Source: Gracilinanus agilis (lineage: Eukaryota). From it: DNA of 63,875 nt. The translations under genes and the position numbers were made by a program. Position 1 is the stretch's first letter. Every line of letters begins with the position of its first letter. The notes beneath the pieces are model-generated. The model was given only the letters and a program-made list of their open reading frames with translations, made no database searches and was not told the DNA's origin. The DNA is taken from NCBI RefSeq assembly GCF_016433145.1, contig NC_058133.1, positions 521,031,630 through 521,095,504 on the forward strand, in the 5' to 3' direction. Below are positions 1-11,300 of this stretch, one piece after another.

Positions 1-153
1 ACAATATGAGCCTTTTCTAACTGCACATTAGTACTTTAGCCTTTGGTACAGGCAGGGTCTCCATGGGAGTGGAGGCCTTGGCCAGAGAAGAAGCAACATG
101 ACCAGCACCAGGCCATGCCTGGAGCCGTGGGACACGGGCCCCCCATCCCCTAC

Positions 154-2756
154 CTCTCGCCATTCTGCTGCCGTGTTGTGTTTGTACCCGAGCAAATGGC
201 AAAGTCCGTGAGCCGCCGTCACCTGTCAAAGAAAGACAAAGGCCGCCAATGGGCCCCACGCAGGCAGGCACCACTCCACTTGTCAGGGGTCTCTGCAAGC
301 ATCTGAGGGCAGAGCGGCGTGTGGAGGCCGTGGTGAGGCTCACCTCCAAAACCCCCCCAACGGCCCCACTCTGTGAAGCCTGAGGCCAGGCCTCTGGGGC
401 AGTTAGAACCTGCCCCAGTGACAGCCTGCATCCTCTTCCCCCTTACGTCTACGGAGGGAGTCATGCCTGGACGCATGGTCATCTGATCACAGCGCTCATG
501 ACATTCTTTCCCCATTTCTCTGAGATTGCCAAGGGCAGCACCAGCCTTTCGGGCTTCTACAACCTTGGCATTACCCTCCGCTCCTCTCTCGCCCTTGCCA
601 GCCCTAGCCAACCTCTTACCGAGTCTCATTTCTGCCCTTGTCAGACCCTCATCTCTCACCTGGACAACAGCAGCCTCCTAACTGGCCCCCTGCCTCACGC
701 TTCTCCCTGATCCCCGCTGTGTTTGGCCACCCAAATGACTTTGCCACAGTCTCTCCCTACTTTGGAACTTCCAGCAGCTGCCTATTGATTCCAGGTCAAA
801 TAGGTAGTGCCTGGGAACGCTGGCTCTCCTGGCACCGTGCCCACCCTCCTCCCCTCCTGGTGGCCGGCGGGTCCCCGCTGACCGTCAGAATGTCGTAGTA
901 GTTTTCGCCATTCTCCTGGCACTGGTGGAAGATGTACTCAACTCCCAGGAAGATATCTCCCAAGTTGAGCTCGTCTGGGCATTTGGGCTGAGGTACTGCC
1001 CCTGCTCTCAGGTCCTGCCAAGGGGGACACAAGCCATGAGGACGTTACTGGGGGCCCCTGGGTGATTTCTTTCCTTCAGACACAATCCCTCTTTTCTTCT
1101 AGCCTGTTTCCTATGCCCAGAGACCCGCACAGATACAACCAGAAGGCCACAGATCCCAAGGTCCAGAGACACCTGAGTGGGGAAGCCACTCTGACATGAC
1201 CCCAGTGGCTGGGGGCCATTAGCTGGTCACCTGACTGTGCTGAGCCCCACTTACCTCCCATGAGGGCTGGGAGTGTGAGGATCTAGGGGCTCAAATCCCT
1301 ATATGTCCCAGGGTGGTCTTTCCCCTTCCCCAGGCTGGACGTCCACTCTCAAGTTCTTTTGGTTCCTAATTTCTGCTCCCACCATTGGGTTGACCAGCCT
1401 CAGAAGGTCATTCTGGGAAAGATTCCTCAGTGTTCTATAAGCCCTGCAGAAGGGGCCCTGGGCTCAAACGGGGAGGCCCCACACCCTTCCCCATGTTCCT
1501 GGGGGTGCCACCATTTGTCATAGAAGAAGAGTATTCTGTTCGAGGGGGAGCCCCGACTTTCACCAACAACCGCTCAAGGCAAGCTGAGAGGCCTTCATTT
1601 TTCCTTCCTAATCTCTGGGCCTGAGCCTGCCTTTGGAACGGAGACGAGGTGTGAGCCGAAGGTGGAGGACTCTAAAGGATTCGATTCTGTCAGAATGCAA
1701 AAAAAAAAAGCTTTGCCAAATGCTACTGGAGAAGGAAGCCTGAAGAAGCCAGCTGAACGAGCTCAGAGCGGCAGGTGGAGCTCCCCTGGCCAGGAGCTGC
1801 CCATTTCCAGCTCGGCCCCTCGTCTCCTCCCTGACTCTCTGCCCCGTCCTTTCTCTTTGAGGCTGTACACATGGGGACAAAACTCGAGGCAACCCAGCAG
1901 AGGCAGGAATGGCAAATGGGACTCCCAGAGGTGTGACTTTAGTTAAGGAATCACCCGGAGGCCAAAAGGCCCCTCCTTGAAGCTTCCTCATCCTGGGCTC
2001 CACCGTGGGAGGGCATGAAATCACTGGAGAGAAGAGCCAGTTTTGGGGGTCACAAATGATGCCCCTGCCCCTCTGATTCCTGGCCAGCTCTTCACCCTGT
2101 GACCCCTTTGCCAGCTGGCACGCCTTCCCCTCCCCCCCAGCTCTAGAGGCTGAGTTTTTCCTTCCATCCAGCCCCTGCTGGCCATGCCATGATGTCCCCC
2201 CCAGCCTCCCACCCCTTCCTCTGGGTCCCCGTGGAGCAAAGACAATGCTCTTCTACCCAACACACTCTCAAAGGCAGCTCCCATGCCCCCTGAGTCTTCT
2301 CTTCTCCAGGCTGAACAGGGCTGGTTCCCTCCTCCTGGGACAGGCTTGGAAGGTATCCTGTCTCTGCTTGCCCCTCCAGGTGTGGCCCGAGCAGAGTAGA
2401 GGCTGCAGTGGGTTCACCCCCTCACTTAACAGAGACCCTGGCAGCTCCACCACCATTGTTAGTCTCTGAAATGAGGAACTGCTTTTTGAATCTGGGGCCC
2501 TGGAGGTGGAATCTGGGCTCTGGCAGCTGGCGGGAAGCTCCTTTACCTCATGGAAAGGAAAGGAAAGCACGTCAGTAGGACCGCGTGCTTGGCGGTAGAT
2601 CCTATTGAGCCGCTGGATGCCCTGATTGTCCACACAGATCACGCCCAGGTCGAAGCGCTGGATGCCCAGGATGTGCCGTAGGAGCTCAATTCGGGCCCGA
2701 AGCGGGGCCCTCCGCAGGGGAATGGCACTCTGGAGGTTCCGGAGTAGAAGGCTCAT
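154..2756 (-). CDS. YBEY: YBEY metallo-endoribonuclease, 3'-partial; coding exons (minus) 2756-2547, 1014-883, 222-154; last exon outside the window
   Basis: Spliced translation [20 protein letters not shown]...[11 protein letters not shown] / [10 protein letters not shown]...[16 protein letters not shown]...DILT / [23 protein letters not shown] matches vertebrate YBEY as I recall it, including the H-x3-H-x5-H metal motif ([11 protein letters not shown]). All junctions are GT-AG, phase 0. The first coding exon acceptor is at 2775. Confidence 0.97.
540..710 (+). mobile_element. old L2 LINE 3' fragment
   Basis: Degenerate L2-type text (ccctcatctctcacctggac...agcctcctaactggcccc) recognised by eye; boundaries approximate. 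Confidence 0.45.
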
Positions 2757-4836
2757 CTCGAGGACCCCACAGAAGCTGTGAAGTACACGTGGACACACGT
2801 ATTGGTCAGAACAAAACACAGCCTCCCGACAACACCCTGACACGGTCTCTTTGGCTGGGATGGCGCCTACGGTTTGAGGTTCCTGATCAGAAAGGGACAG
2901 GTATTCTGGGCAGTCTAGGTTCTAGGCTGAAAAGTCAGCTTTGGCCAAGCCTGGGGTCAGCTTATTCTAAACTTGAGCTCTGGACCATGACCACCACAGC
3001 TCAGCTTGAGGGGGTCCAAGACCTTGGGATGAAGATACTGCGCTGCCTGTGAAAACCCCACCACCAGATCAATACCTTGGCCTTCCCTCTTAGTCCTTTC
3101 CCATTTTTCTCTCTGCTGAATCCTCCCCTTTGACTAAACCAAACAACTCAGTGAAAACCTCTGGGGCTTGGGGAAACCTGCCTGGCACCTTGAACAAATG
3201 TCACTGCTGGGCGGCCCCCTTCTCTCTGCCAGAAGCACTCCCCATTAGTGGGGCCTCAGCTCCTTCTGTTTCTCCTAAGTCGGGGCCCAGCCTTCTCGGA
3301 CATAGCTTTCATTTCCAGTTGTCTGACTCGTTCTGTGTGAATTCCTGTGAAGCTGCCCACTTCTCGGAAGGTCTCATATCCATTCCTTCTTCCTGTACAT
3401 GAATACTTCACAACAGCCCAACCCCAGGTACGGAGGGCCATCAAATACTCTCTCAATGACGAGGTCGCAGACAGGGTCCTGGAACCGCAGAGCGAGAGTC
3501 TAGGGAGGATGGTTTCCCCCCACTCAAGATTCCCCCGTGTGACTTCTCTCTTATTAACACTCCTTAGTGGACTTGTTATAACCAACTTCCCCACTCAGCC
3601 CCAGGGCAAATCAGAAGAACATGACAGGCTATTATGAGAGCCCTTGCAGGCCCCCTACAAACCCCTAGGAAAGTCCCACCTTTACATATAGTAATACAGA
3701 AATTCCCCTACGAGTCCCTCCACAACAGACCAGCAAATCGTGAGGTAATGTTTAAAGACTTCTATTCCCCAAACAGAAACTGCAGGTTTCCCAATCCCCA
3801 CACAGATGCCTGAAACTGCTTTCAAGCTTCCCTGATCGCAGGGAGGACAGAGCATGGAAAATTAAGGCAGGCCGCCTCCTCACAATATTGGACTGTTTGC
3901 ATTAACCCCCCAAGTTCAGAGAACATACTTTGAAAAATAGTGAAAAAGGAAAGATGCATTGAAACAATATCTGCCCCGGAGTAGTGTTATTGTATCTTTT
4001 GAAATCTGCCAGTGTAGCAAATCACTATTGATTAATTATGTAAGAGCAAAGAATAATCACCTCTGACTCAATTGGTCAAAATGTAACTATTGTACAAAAG
4101 CTGTAATGCATGAATTGCACTTAATGGATGGAGGGAAAGTACAATTTCCAGCCCAGTTACTCCAGGATGAACATTTCTTGCTAAGCTTTTGCATCCTTTG
4201 TATAATCAAAGAAAATCGAATAATTAAGAAATGTCAATCAAATGATTTTGTAATTCAGTAGAAGTTAATGTATGACTTCATCCATTATCTCTAAGAAAAA
4301 ATGTATGGTGGGCATGGAATTCATGCCAGCATTGATGTAATCTTAAGAAAAAGGTATAAAAATTAATGTTGGCAGATGGCAGATGAGAACAGCTTTCTGC
4401 AAGCTTACTGAGTCTCTGGCTGTTCTCTTTCACATGGCGCTTAGCTGTCCCAACCCCTGAGATATGTAGGCTGCTGGGCAGGCTCCCGGCACCCAGGCAT
4501 TCCTCATTATCAGGCTTCTCCTTCCTTGCTCCCCAACAGAAGAGCTCCTAGGAACATTTGGGGATACACTGGCCTTGGTTTTGGTCTCTGACTTCCTTGG
4601 AGCATGATATGCCTAGTAATAGGGTCCAAGTTGAAGGACAACGACAGTTAGGTCACTTGTCATGCAGGATTCCCAGCTCAGATCCTGGGCTGGGCCCCTC
4701 AGTGTGCCTGCTGTCCCACAGCAACAACCACCAACAACTGATGATGACTTCTGTTGTTTTCCTCTTTGCCAACAAACCCGGGTGTGGCACCTCAGGATTC
4801 TTAAAAATATGCCTCTTTTCTAGTGGCTTGGAGGTT

Positions 4837-5467
4837 TGTAGGGATTAAATTTATGGTTGGACTAAATATAAGAGAATGTGGTCGCCAATTAAAAATGAAT
4901 ACAGCTCAAGTCAAGATGACTTTTAGCACCTTTATTTACAAAAAGAGAGGGAAAGAGTGAAGGTAGAGAAATGTATAAGAGGGTAGAGTAAGATAACTAA
5001 CCTAGTACACTAAAATTTGCTCCCAGGCAGGGCTAGTTAGCCCTCAATCAGAGGGCTCAGTGGTGAATAAAACAAGGGTTCCACCACAAGGCCTCCTCCA
5101 AGAAGGGGAGGCCTCTCTGGAAACTAACCTCTCCAGAAGTCAGGAAAGGAGTCAGCTTTTCACCCACCCAAGTCATGGCTCCATGTTGCAGTTCCAGTCC
5201 AAGATCCTTCAAAAGCTCAAAGACCTCCTGACAGGAAGCTTAGGCCCTTTTTAAACACCTTTTTCATGTCACTCCCTGTCCCTTCCTCCACTTTATGGAG
5301 ACCAATTGCAGTCTTTAAATCTGCCTAACACTGCCCGCAGTCGGTCACTTCTGGAGGTGTATCTAACTTTAGTAAGTGGTTTTAACTTAACATTAAGTAG
5401 GGGTGTCTTTGCTTTAGGATGATTAAATTTCAAAATAGGCAAGGGGACAGTCAATGCCATCTTCACA
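4837..5467 (-). mobile_element. ERV1-class solo LTR in YBEY intron 1
   Basis: TG...CA termini, 4-bp TSD ggtt/ggct, minus-strand AATAAA (tttatt at 4931-4936). Shares motifs with the LTRs at 23029, 38256 and 46919. Confidence 0.85.
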
Positions 5468-6189
5468 GGCTGCAGGCACGTCCTCTGATGCACAATTGGT
5501 CATGATCTTGCTTTGATCCCTTCTATATGGAGGAACGGCTCTCAGTGCCTGGAGCTTTCTGTGGGCTCAAATGCAATCCCTGTTCAGATCTTTGTTTCCT
5601 CTTAGAGGTCAATAGCCAGGCATCTGCAGAGACCTTTGGGAATCTTTGTATAAAGCAGTGAACAGGCCAGTCTGTGGCACAAATGCAGGAGACGTCATAC
5701 ACGCCTCTCTCCCTCTCTGGTACAGTTTTAACTTGCAAAAAAACCCTTTTTCCAAACAGGAAAACCCAAAGCATGGCTCAGAGAGGCAGCGGCTGCAAAT
5801 GAGAGGCAGTGTAAGAAGGGCAGGCTTTAGCCAGCATCCTCCACGCCATCTCCACAGCCTGGTGCCCACTCTCAGCCGAAACCGACTTCACATTTCGCTC
5901 CCTCCTGCCCTCTCCTCTGCCATCTTCCCCTCAAATCTCTTTTGCTCCTATTGCTGACCAAGGTTCCTCTCATTGCGAGGCTGACCTCACCCTCATCCTG
6001 TCCTGGGTTCTCCAGCAGACTGCCATGAGGGAACATGGTGGATGGAGTCAGGAAGACTCGAGTTCAAATCTGGCTTCAGACACTGGCTGGGTTGTGTGGC
6101 CTAGGCATATTCTCTACCCTGCTGGACTTTGGGCTCATTGAGAAGAGGGCGTCTTGACTTTTCCTTGTGCCTCCAGGGCTCAGTGCCCG

Positions 6190-6625
6190 GTATGCAGTGG
6201 GAGCTTCTACATGCTTGCTGACTCGAGGCCTCCCCTCTTGGTAGAGCTCCTGCCCATGCCCACTTATGGATGTGTGGGTTCCTGACGGCTGGCACTATGT
6301 CCCGCCTCTCTGGTACACCCGAGGTTTGGTATGGCCTGGCAAACAGTGGGGGCTTTTATATGCTTGCTGATTCAAGGCCTTCCTCTCCTTCTTGGGAGAG
6401 CTCCTGCCTGTGCAAGCTCCTCTTGATGGTGGGCACCGTGTTCTGCCTCCCTGGCACACCTGGTGTTTGGCACGGGCCTGGCACTCAGTGGGGGTTACTA
6501 TGTGCTTGCTTGCTTGCTTGCTTGACTACACCCCACCTCCCAGCTCCTGCCTGTGCCCGAGGCTCCTCCTGATGGTTGGCACCACGTTTTGCTTCCCTGG
6601 CACAGGCCTGGCACACGGTGGGCTC
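6190..6625. repeat. degenerate tandem repeat, about 3.3 copies of a 142-154 bp unit
   Basis: Anchor tgcttgct recurs at 6212, 6361 and 6503; anchor agctcctgcc at 6245, 6399 and 6542. Each unit contains ggcctggcac..agtgggggct, resembling an L2 3' tail. Confidence 0.7.
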
Positions 6626-6905
6626 CGGGCACACCTGGACCGCCTCCCCGAAAGGGCGCAATGGGAAGCTCAGGCTGCCTACGCCCCAGCCCGCATAAAG
6701 CCACTCGGGAGCCCAGGCTCCCTCTTCCTCCGCAGCCTGGGCCGCGGGCCCGCCCCCAGGGTTCCTCAGGCAGGCTCCTCTTAGCACTGGCGGCAGCAGA
6801 GCAGGAGACAGCCCAAAGGCTGCACAGGACGGGGAGGCAGGCCCTTCGGGTCTCCCCTCGGGGCCCTCGGAGAAGCCCTACCTGGCTGGGCCTCAGTTTA
6901 CTTAC

Positions 6906-7040
6906 CTGCGAAGGGGGTGGACTGGCCTCAGGCTTTGGATCTGCAGCTCCTCCTAAGGCGCTCAGCGAGGCTCGGTTACGCAGCGGACGTACGGCACGCC
7001 CCCTGACGCACAGCACGCAGCGCACGCGCGAACCCGACTT
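6906..7040 (-). other. YBEY: putative non-coding first exon of YBEY
   Basis: Strong minus-strand donor CAG/GTAAG (plus cttacctg at 6901-6908) just downstream of the CpG promoter. The TSS is a guess. Confidence 0.5.
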
Positions 7041-7170
7041 CCGCGCGCGGCCGGAAGCGGCTTCAGTCCGTCCTTGTTTACAGCCCGCCGGGGCTGTCCG
7101 CTCTTCTGGCTCTTCGTCCTTTTCTTTGCTGGCCTCGGACCCGAGCCCTTGTCTCCTTTTTACGATTGGG
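6960..7170. promoter_or_regulatory. bidirectional CpG-island promoter of YBEY and MCM3AP
   Basis: CpG-dense. NRF1 consensus GCGCACGCGC at 7020-7029; oppositely oriented ETS/GABP sites ACTTCCG (7037-7043) and CCGGAAG (7051-7057); CRE-like TGACGCA at 7004-7010. Flanked by outward-facing splice donors at 6905 (minus) and 7170 (plus). Confidence 0.8.
7060..7169 (+). other. MCM3AP: putative non-coding first exon of MCM3AP
   Basis: Donor TGG/GTGAGT at 7170; matching acceptor tctttcag at 8271-8278 upstream of the ATG. The TSS is a guess. Confidence 0.55.
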
Positions 7171-8296
7171 TGAGTGTTGGCTGGGGGCATGGGGCAGGGC
7201 CTCCCCCACCTTATAGGCGGGGAATTTGAGGCCAGGGCGGGGCCTTGGCCTTTCCACAGCAGCGCTGGGCCACCTCGACGAACCGATGGGTGAATGGAGC
7301 CCGGGGCACCCCCACCTTCCCCGCCGGCCCATTGTGCGGGATGGTAGACTGAGGCCGGGGCGGGGGTGGGTCAGGGCCTGCCCGGATCTAGAGACTGGGC
7401 CGTTTCAGGACCTGGGAAGCCTCATCGTACAGGCGGGGAAACTGAGGCAAGGAGGACGTGCCTGGGGTTACGAGTCTGCCGGGGAGCAGAGCGCATAGAG
7501 GGAATAGAAGGGTGGGCAGGACGGACTGAGTAAAGCGGTGAGGGCAAAGGCGCCGAGGGGGGACGGAAGGCCAGGAGGAGAATCTCGGGTTCATCTCAGT
7601 CACGTGGGGACTCCCTCTCGAGCTGCCTGGGGGTGGGGACCCGGTCTGGTGTTCCCTGAACGCCCTCTCTGCCGCGGCCCCAGGCTCCCAGAGCCACCGC
7701 TGGGGGATGGGCAGGCCTAGGGGTGCCGCCCCCATTCCCTGACAGCCACTCTGCTGCGGGGCTGGACTCCTCCACAGAACAGCATCCAGGGGCCCCGGAA
7801 GGCCTCCCTTAGGCGGCTCAGACCCTGGCCTGGGGCGGTAAGGGGGGGCTGCCCCCTGCCCCAAACTGACCACACCTGAGGCCTCCCCCTCCCTCCCCTC
7901 CCTCTAACCACTGGCTCAGAGTCAGCCCTTCTGGGTCTGATTGCTGGAGTCCTGGCTGAAGGCTCCCGGAGGGACCCCACAGACACTCGGGCCTCTCTGC
8001 CCTTTGAGACTTTGCTGCTGGGGGCTGGGGCCCAAGTTGCTAGCCCGCCTCCCCCTTGTCGTTTTCAGGGTGCTGTGGCAGGGGCAACCCCAAAAGCCAA
8101 GAGGGTGGGGGCTAGAGCACCCGCTGGAGTCACAGGTCCTGCCTCAGACACTCACTAGCCCTGTCAGATGGGAATAACCTGTGGCCTCCCTTCACAGGGA
8201 AATGGGAAAACCCCGGCTGAACCCCTGAGGGCCGTCTCCAGGATGGATTTCTCACTCTACGGTCTCGCTGTCTTTCAGCTGCCCGGGCCGGCGAAG

Positions 8297-8394
8297 ATGA
8301 AGCCAGGCTTCAGGCAGCAGGGGGCGTAGGCCTCATGCCCGGCCGGCGGTTCTCTCACCCTGTTTGGCCTTTGGGTACCTGGTTTGGAAGATGA
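8297..8394 (+). other. two upstream ORFs in the MCM3AP leader: 8297-8329 (MKPGFRQQGA) and 8335-8394 ([19 protein letters not shown])
   Basis: Read directly from the sequence. The uORF2 stop TGA (8392-8394) overlaps the main ATG (8391-8393). Confidence 0.6.
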
Positions 8395-11300
8395 ACCCCA
8401 ACAATCCGTTTGGGGGGCAGCAGTCGAGTCTCTTCTCCACTCCTTCCGGGGCCTCGCTGGGGACGTTTCAGGTCCAGCCACCGTTTCGATTCGGTCAGCC
8501 CTCCCTCTTTGGACAGAACAATGTGGGCTCAGGACAGAACGTGGGATTCGCACAGACATCCAGCTTTGCTCAGGCTGCTGGGGTCAGTCAGACACCTTCG
8601 GGACCCACAATAGGCTTCCCTCCCACCTCTGGCTTGGGCTTGTACCCCACCCAGGGCCAGGCTCCCACCCTCACGGCAACTTCTGGACCTCCCGGTTCGT
8701 CTGTCCCCAGTAACGCAGGATTTAGCTTCAAGCCGCCCACCAACCTTGGGGCTTTCTCTGGCCCCGCCAGCTTTGGCCTCAGCAGTGGGGAAACGTCCAG
8801 TTGTGGTTTGGGCCGGCCTGAGTTCAGCTTTAAGCCTCCGGAAAGTGCCACATTCAGGCCAATCTTTGGGGCTGAATCAGAGTCAGAGAAGACTCCGAGC
8901 CAAGTCACTCCGGGCTCCTTCACGTTCTCCCACCCAGTGAGCAGCGGGCCCGAGGCTCTGGGCTCCTTCACGTTTTCCCAGGGGTCGAGCGGTGCAGGCA
9001 CCAGCCCGAGTTTTACCTTCTCCAAACCATCCGGCAACACTCCTTCCTCAGCCTTTGCCTCTGCCTCATCAGGCCCGAATGCAGAAGAGGAAAAGAGAGG
9101 CCCCAAACCTGCCTTTGGCAGTTCGGGGAGCAGCTTCACCAGCTTTGCTGGCTCCTTGCCGGGCTCTGTGGGGGAGCCCTTTGCCCTGAGCAAAGCAGCC
9201 GCCAAGCAAGGACGGGATGACCTGGGTGGCCAGAGTGGGTCACTGCCTGGGCACGTGAAAGGGCTGAAACGGAAAGAAGACCACGACCGGTCCCCCAGGA
9301 GACGAGACTATGACGCCCCGGATGACGCGGAGCTCCTGTCACGGGGGGATCATCCCCCAGAAAAACGCCCTCCCCGATTGGCGCGGCCACGGGGTGGTGG
9401 TGGCTTGTTTGGGCGGACACTGCAGGACATGCTGAGAAGCAACAAAGAAGGGGGCCGCTTGGGGAGCAAGGAAGTGAAGAAGGAAGCTAGTGGTGGGGAA
9501 CCGGCTGAGACAAACCACTCGGCTCCAGTGGGAGCAACCTTGTCTGTGCTGCCCATCCCCCGGCTGAAGGAGGAGGGACTGGATGGCAAAGATGGCCAGG
9601 AAGGTACGTGCTGGCCACAGAGAAGGGCAGAGCCATCCCCACGGGGATACCCCACAGCTTCGTTCTCAGCCACCCCCTTCTCAGCTCCTGCCACCCACCG
9701 ACTGCCCCCTCTTCTTGTCCCTTCCCCCGCAGCCTCCTCCAGCAGGGCCACCCCTTCCCACCGGGGGAAGAAGGAAAGCGTGGACAGCCCTGGCAGCTTG
9801 TCCCAGAGCGAGCTCACTGCCATTCAGTGTAAGAACATCCCCAATTACCTCAACGACCGGATGGTCCTGGAGAAACACTTTGGCCGATTTGGAAAGGTGC
9901 AGCGTGTCTACCCCAGGCGCAATCGGAAACTTGCCATCATCCACTTCTCTGACCACGTAAGTACTCCTCCTGGGGTGGGGGATCCCCTCTGCTGTGGCCC
10001 ATTGCAGCCCATTCCTGCAGGGGATCTCCCCGCTTTCCCTAGAGACCCTCCTTCTGACCCTTTGTACTCAGGGCACATGAGCTCAGGGCTCAGGCTGTCC
10101 AGCCAGGGTCAGTCTTTCATCTGGTGGCCGGCCCTCCCTGCTGCCATCGCCTTGTTGAAATCCTTCATGCCCCTCTTGTGCGTGGGTAGCACAGTCAGCC
10201 AGGCAGCATTTATTAAGTGCCTGCTATGTGTCAGTCACGTAGTGTGTGCGCCACAATACAGAAAGAGATACAAGACAGATCCTGCCCTCAGAGAGCTGAC
10301 AGTCTAACAAGGGAGGCAGTAAGCAAACAGACCTGGACAGGCAAGCTGTATGCAGGGAACTGGGAAATGACCAATTACCAAACATGCGGAAGGCCCTGGA
10401 GTGAAGGGCTTGGGGGGAGGTTTGGAGGAAGGTGGGGGTTAAAGGAAGCTCAGGAGGCTAGGAGGCACATGGGACAGCCAGAAAAATGCCCAGAGCGGAG
10501 AAGCAGACAGCTGGGAGGCTAGTGACACTGGAGGGGCCTTCGCAGAAGCCCACATGTGCCCAGGTTATGAGTGTGGCACAGGCAGGACTTGGGCATGAAA
10601 AGTGTGAGGCCTTTGCATTCTTGGCCTCTTGCCAAAGGCCTTGAACAGGAACCCTATTTCCTGGTCCATTTTTGGCCCTGCTTCCCATTAACCATCTTTC
10701 TGTTGATGCTCACTGGGTGTCAGTGTCCACTTCTATCCCTACCCTGAGGCTGCCCACAAAGAGACTGGTGAAGGGTCAGCCAGATCCTTGTTCGTGGTAG
10801 CGCTTTCCATGGAGTGTCTGATTGGGCCTGCACTACTCTGTTCACTGGGCACCCTGGCTGCTAGGATTCCTCCCATTTTATAGATGAGGAAGCAAGGGCA
10901 GAGAAGGAAGGGGTTTATCTGAGGTTGTACAACAGGTGAGTGTCTAAGGCAGGATTCGAACCCTCCCTCAATGCTGGCAGGGTCAGACACACCTGCAGCA
11001 CTCTCAAGCAAATCAGAATGTTCTTGGGCAATATTGAACAAAACCCATACAGCGGAACATTCTGACTCTGTTACTGACTGGTTTTCTGAGTCCGTAGAGC
11101 TCGAAGGTAGGGATCTTTGGGAAGGGCTGGGTGCTTCTCATTTCTGTCTGAGGTGGCCACCCCTGACCTAGACATTCATTCCTCTCTTGCTTGGGATGAT
11201 CTGGCCTCCACTTGCCTTCTTCCTTTCTCCTGCTAGACACTTATTTGGGGTGCTTATCCCTTCCTGGCAGCTGTGGCTTCACCTGTCATCCCTGCCCCAG

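Noticed and set aside
3130-4560. Unexplained sequence in YBEY intron 1, including a KSEEHDRLL peptide faintly like an RT thumb
   Set aside because: No YxDD or other RT motif nearby; I cannot assign it to a gene or repeat family by eye.
6392-7986. Many overlapping 100-230 aa ORFs around the promoter
   Set aside because: Pro/Arg/Gly/Ala-rich on both strands, as expected from stop-codon depletion in a CpG island; no recognisable domain.
8364-10307. 647-aa ORF as a single-exon protein
   Set aside because: It is GANP exon 1, an in-frame intron and exon 2, followed by read-through into intron 2 after the donor at 9957. The TTG start is upstream of the true ATG at 8391.
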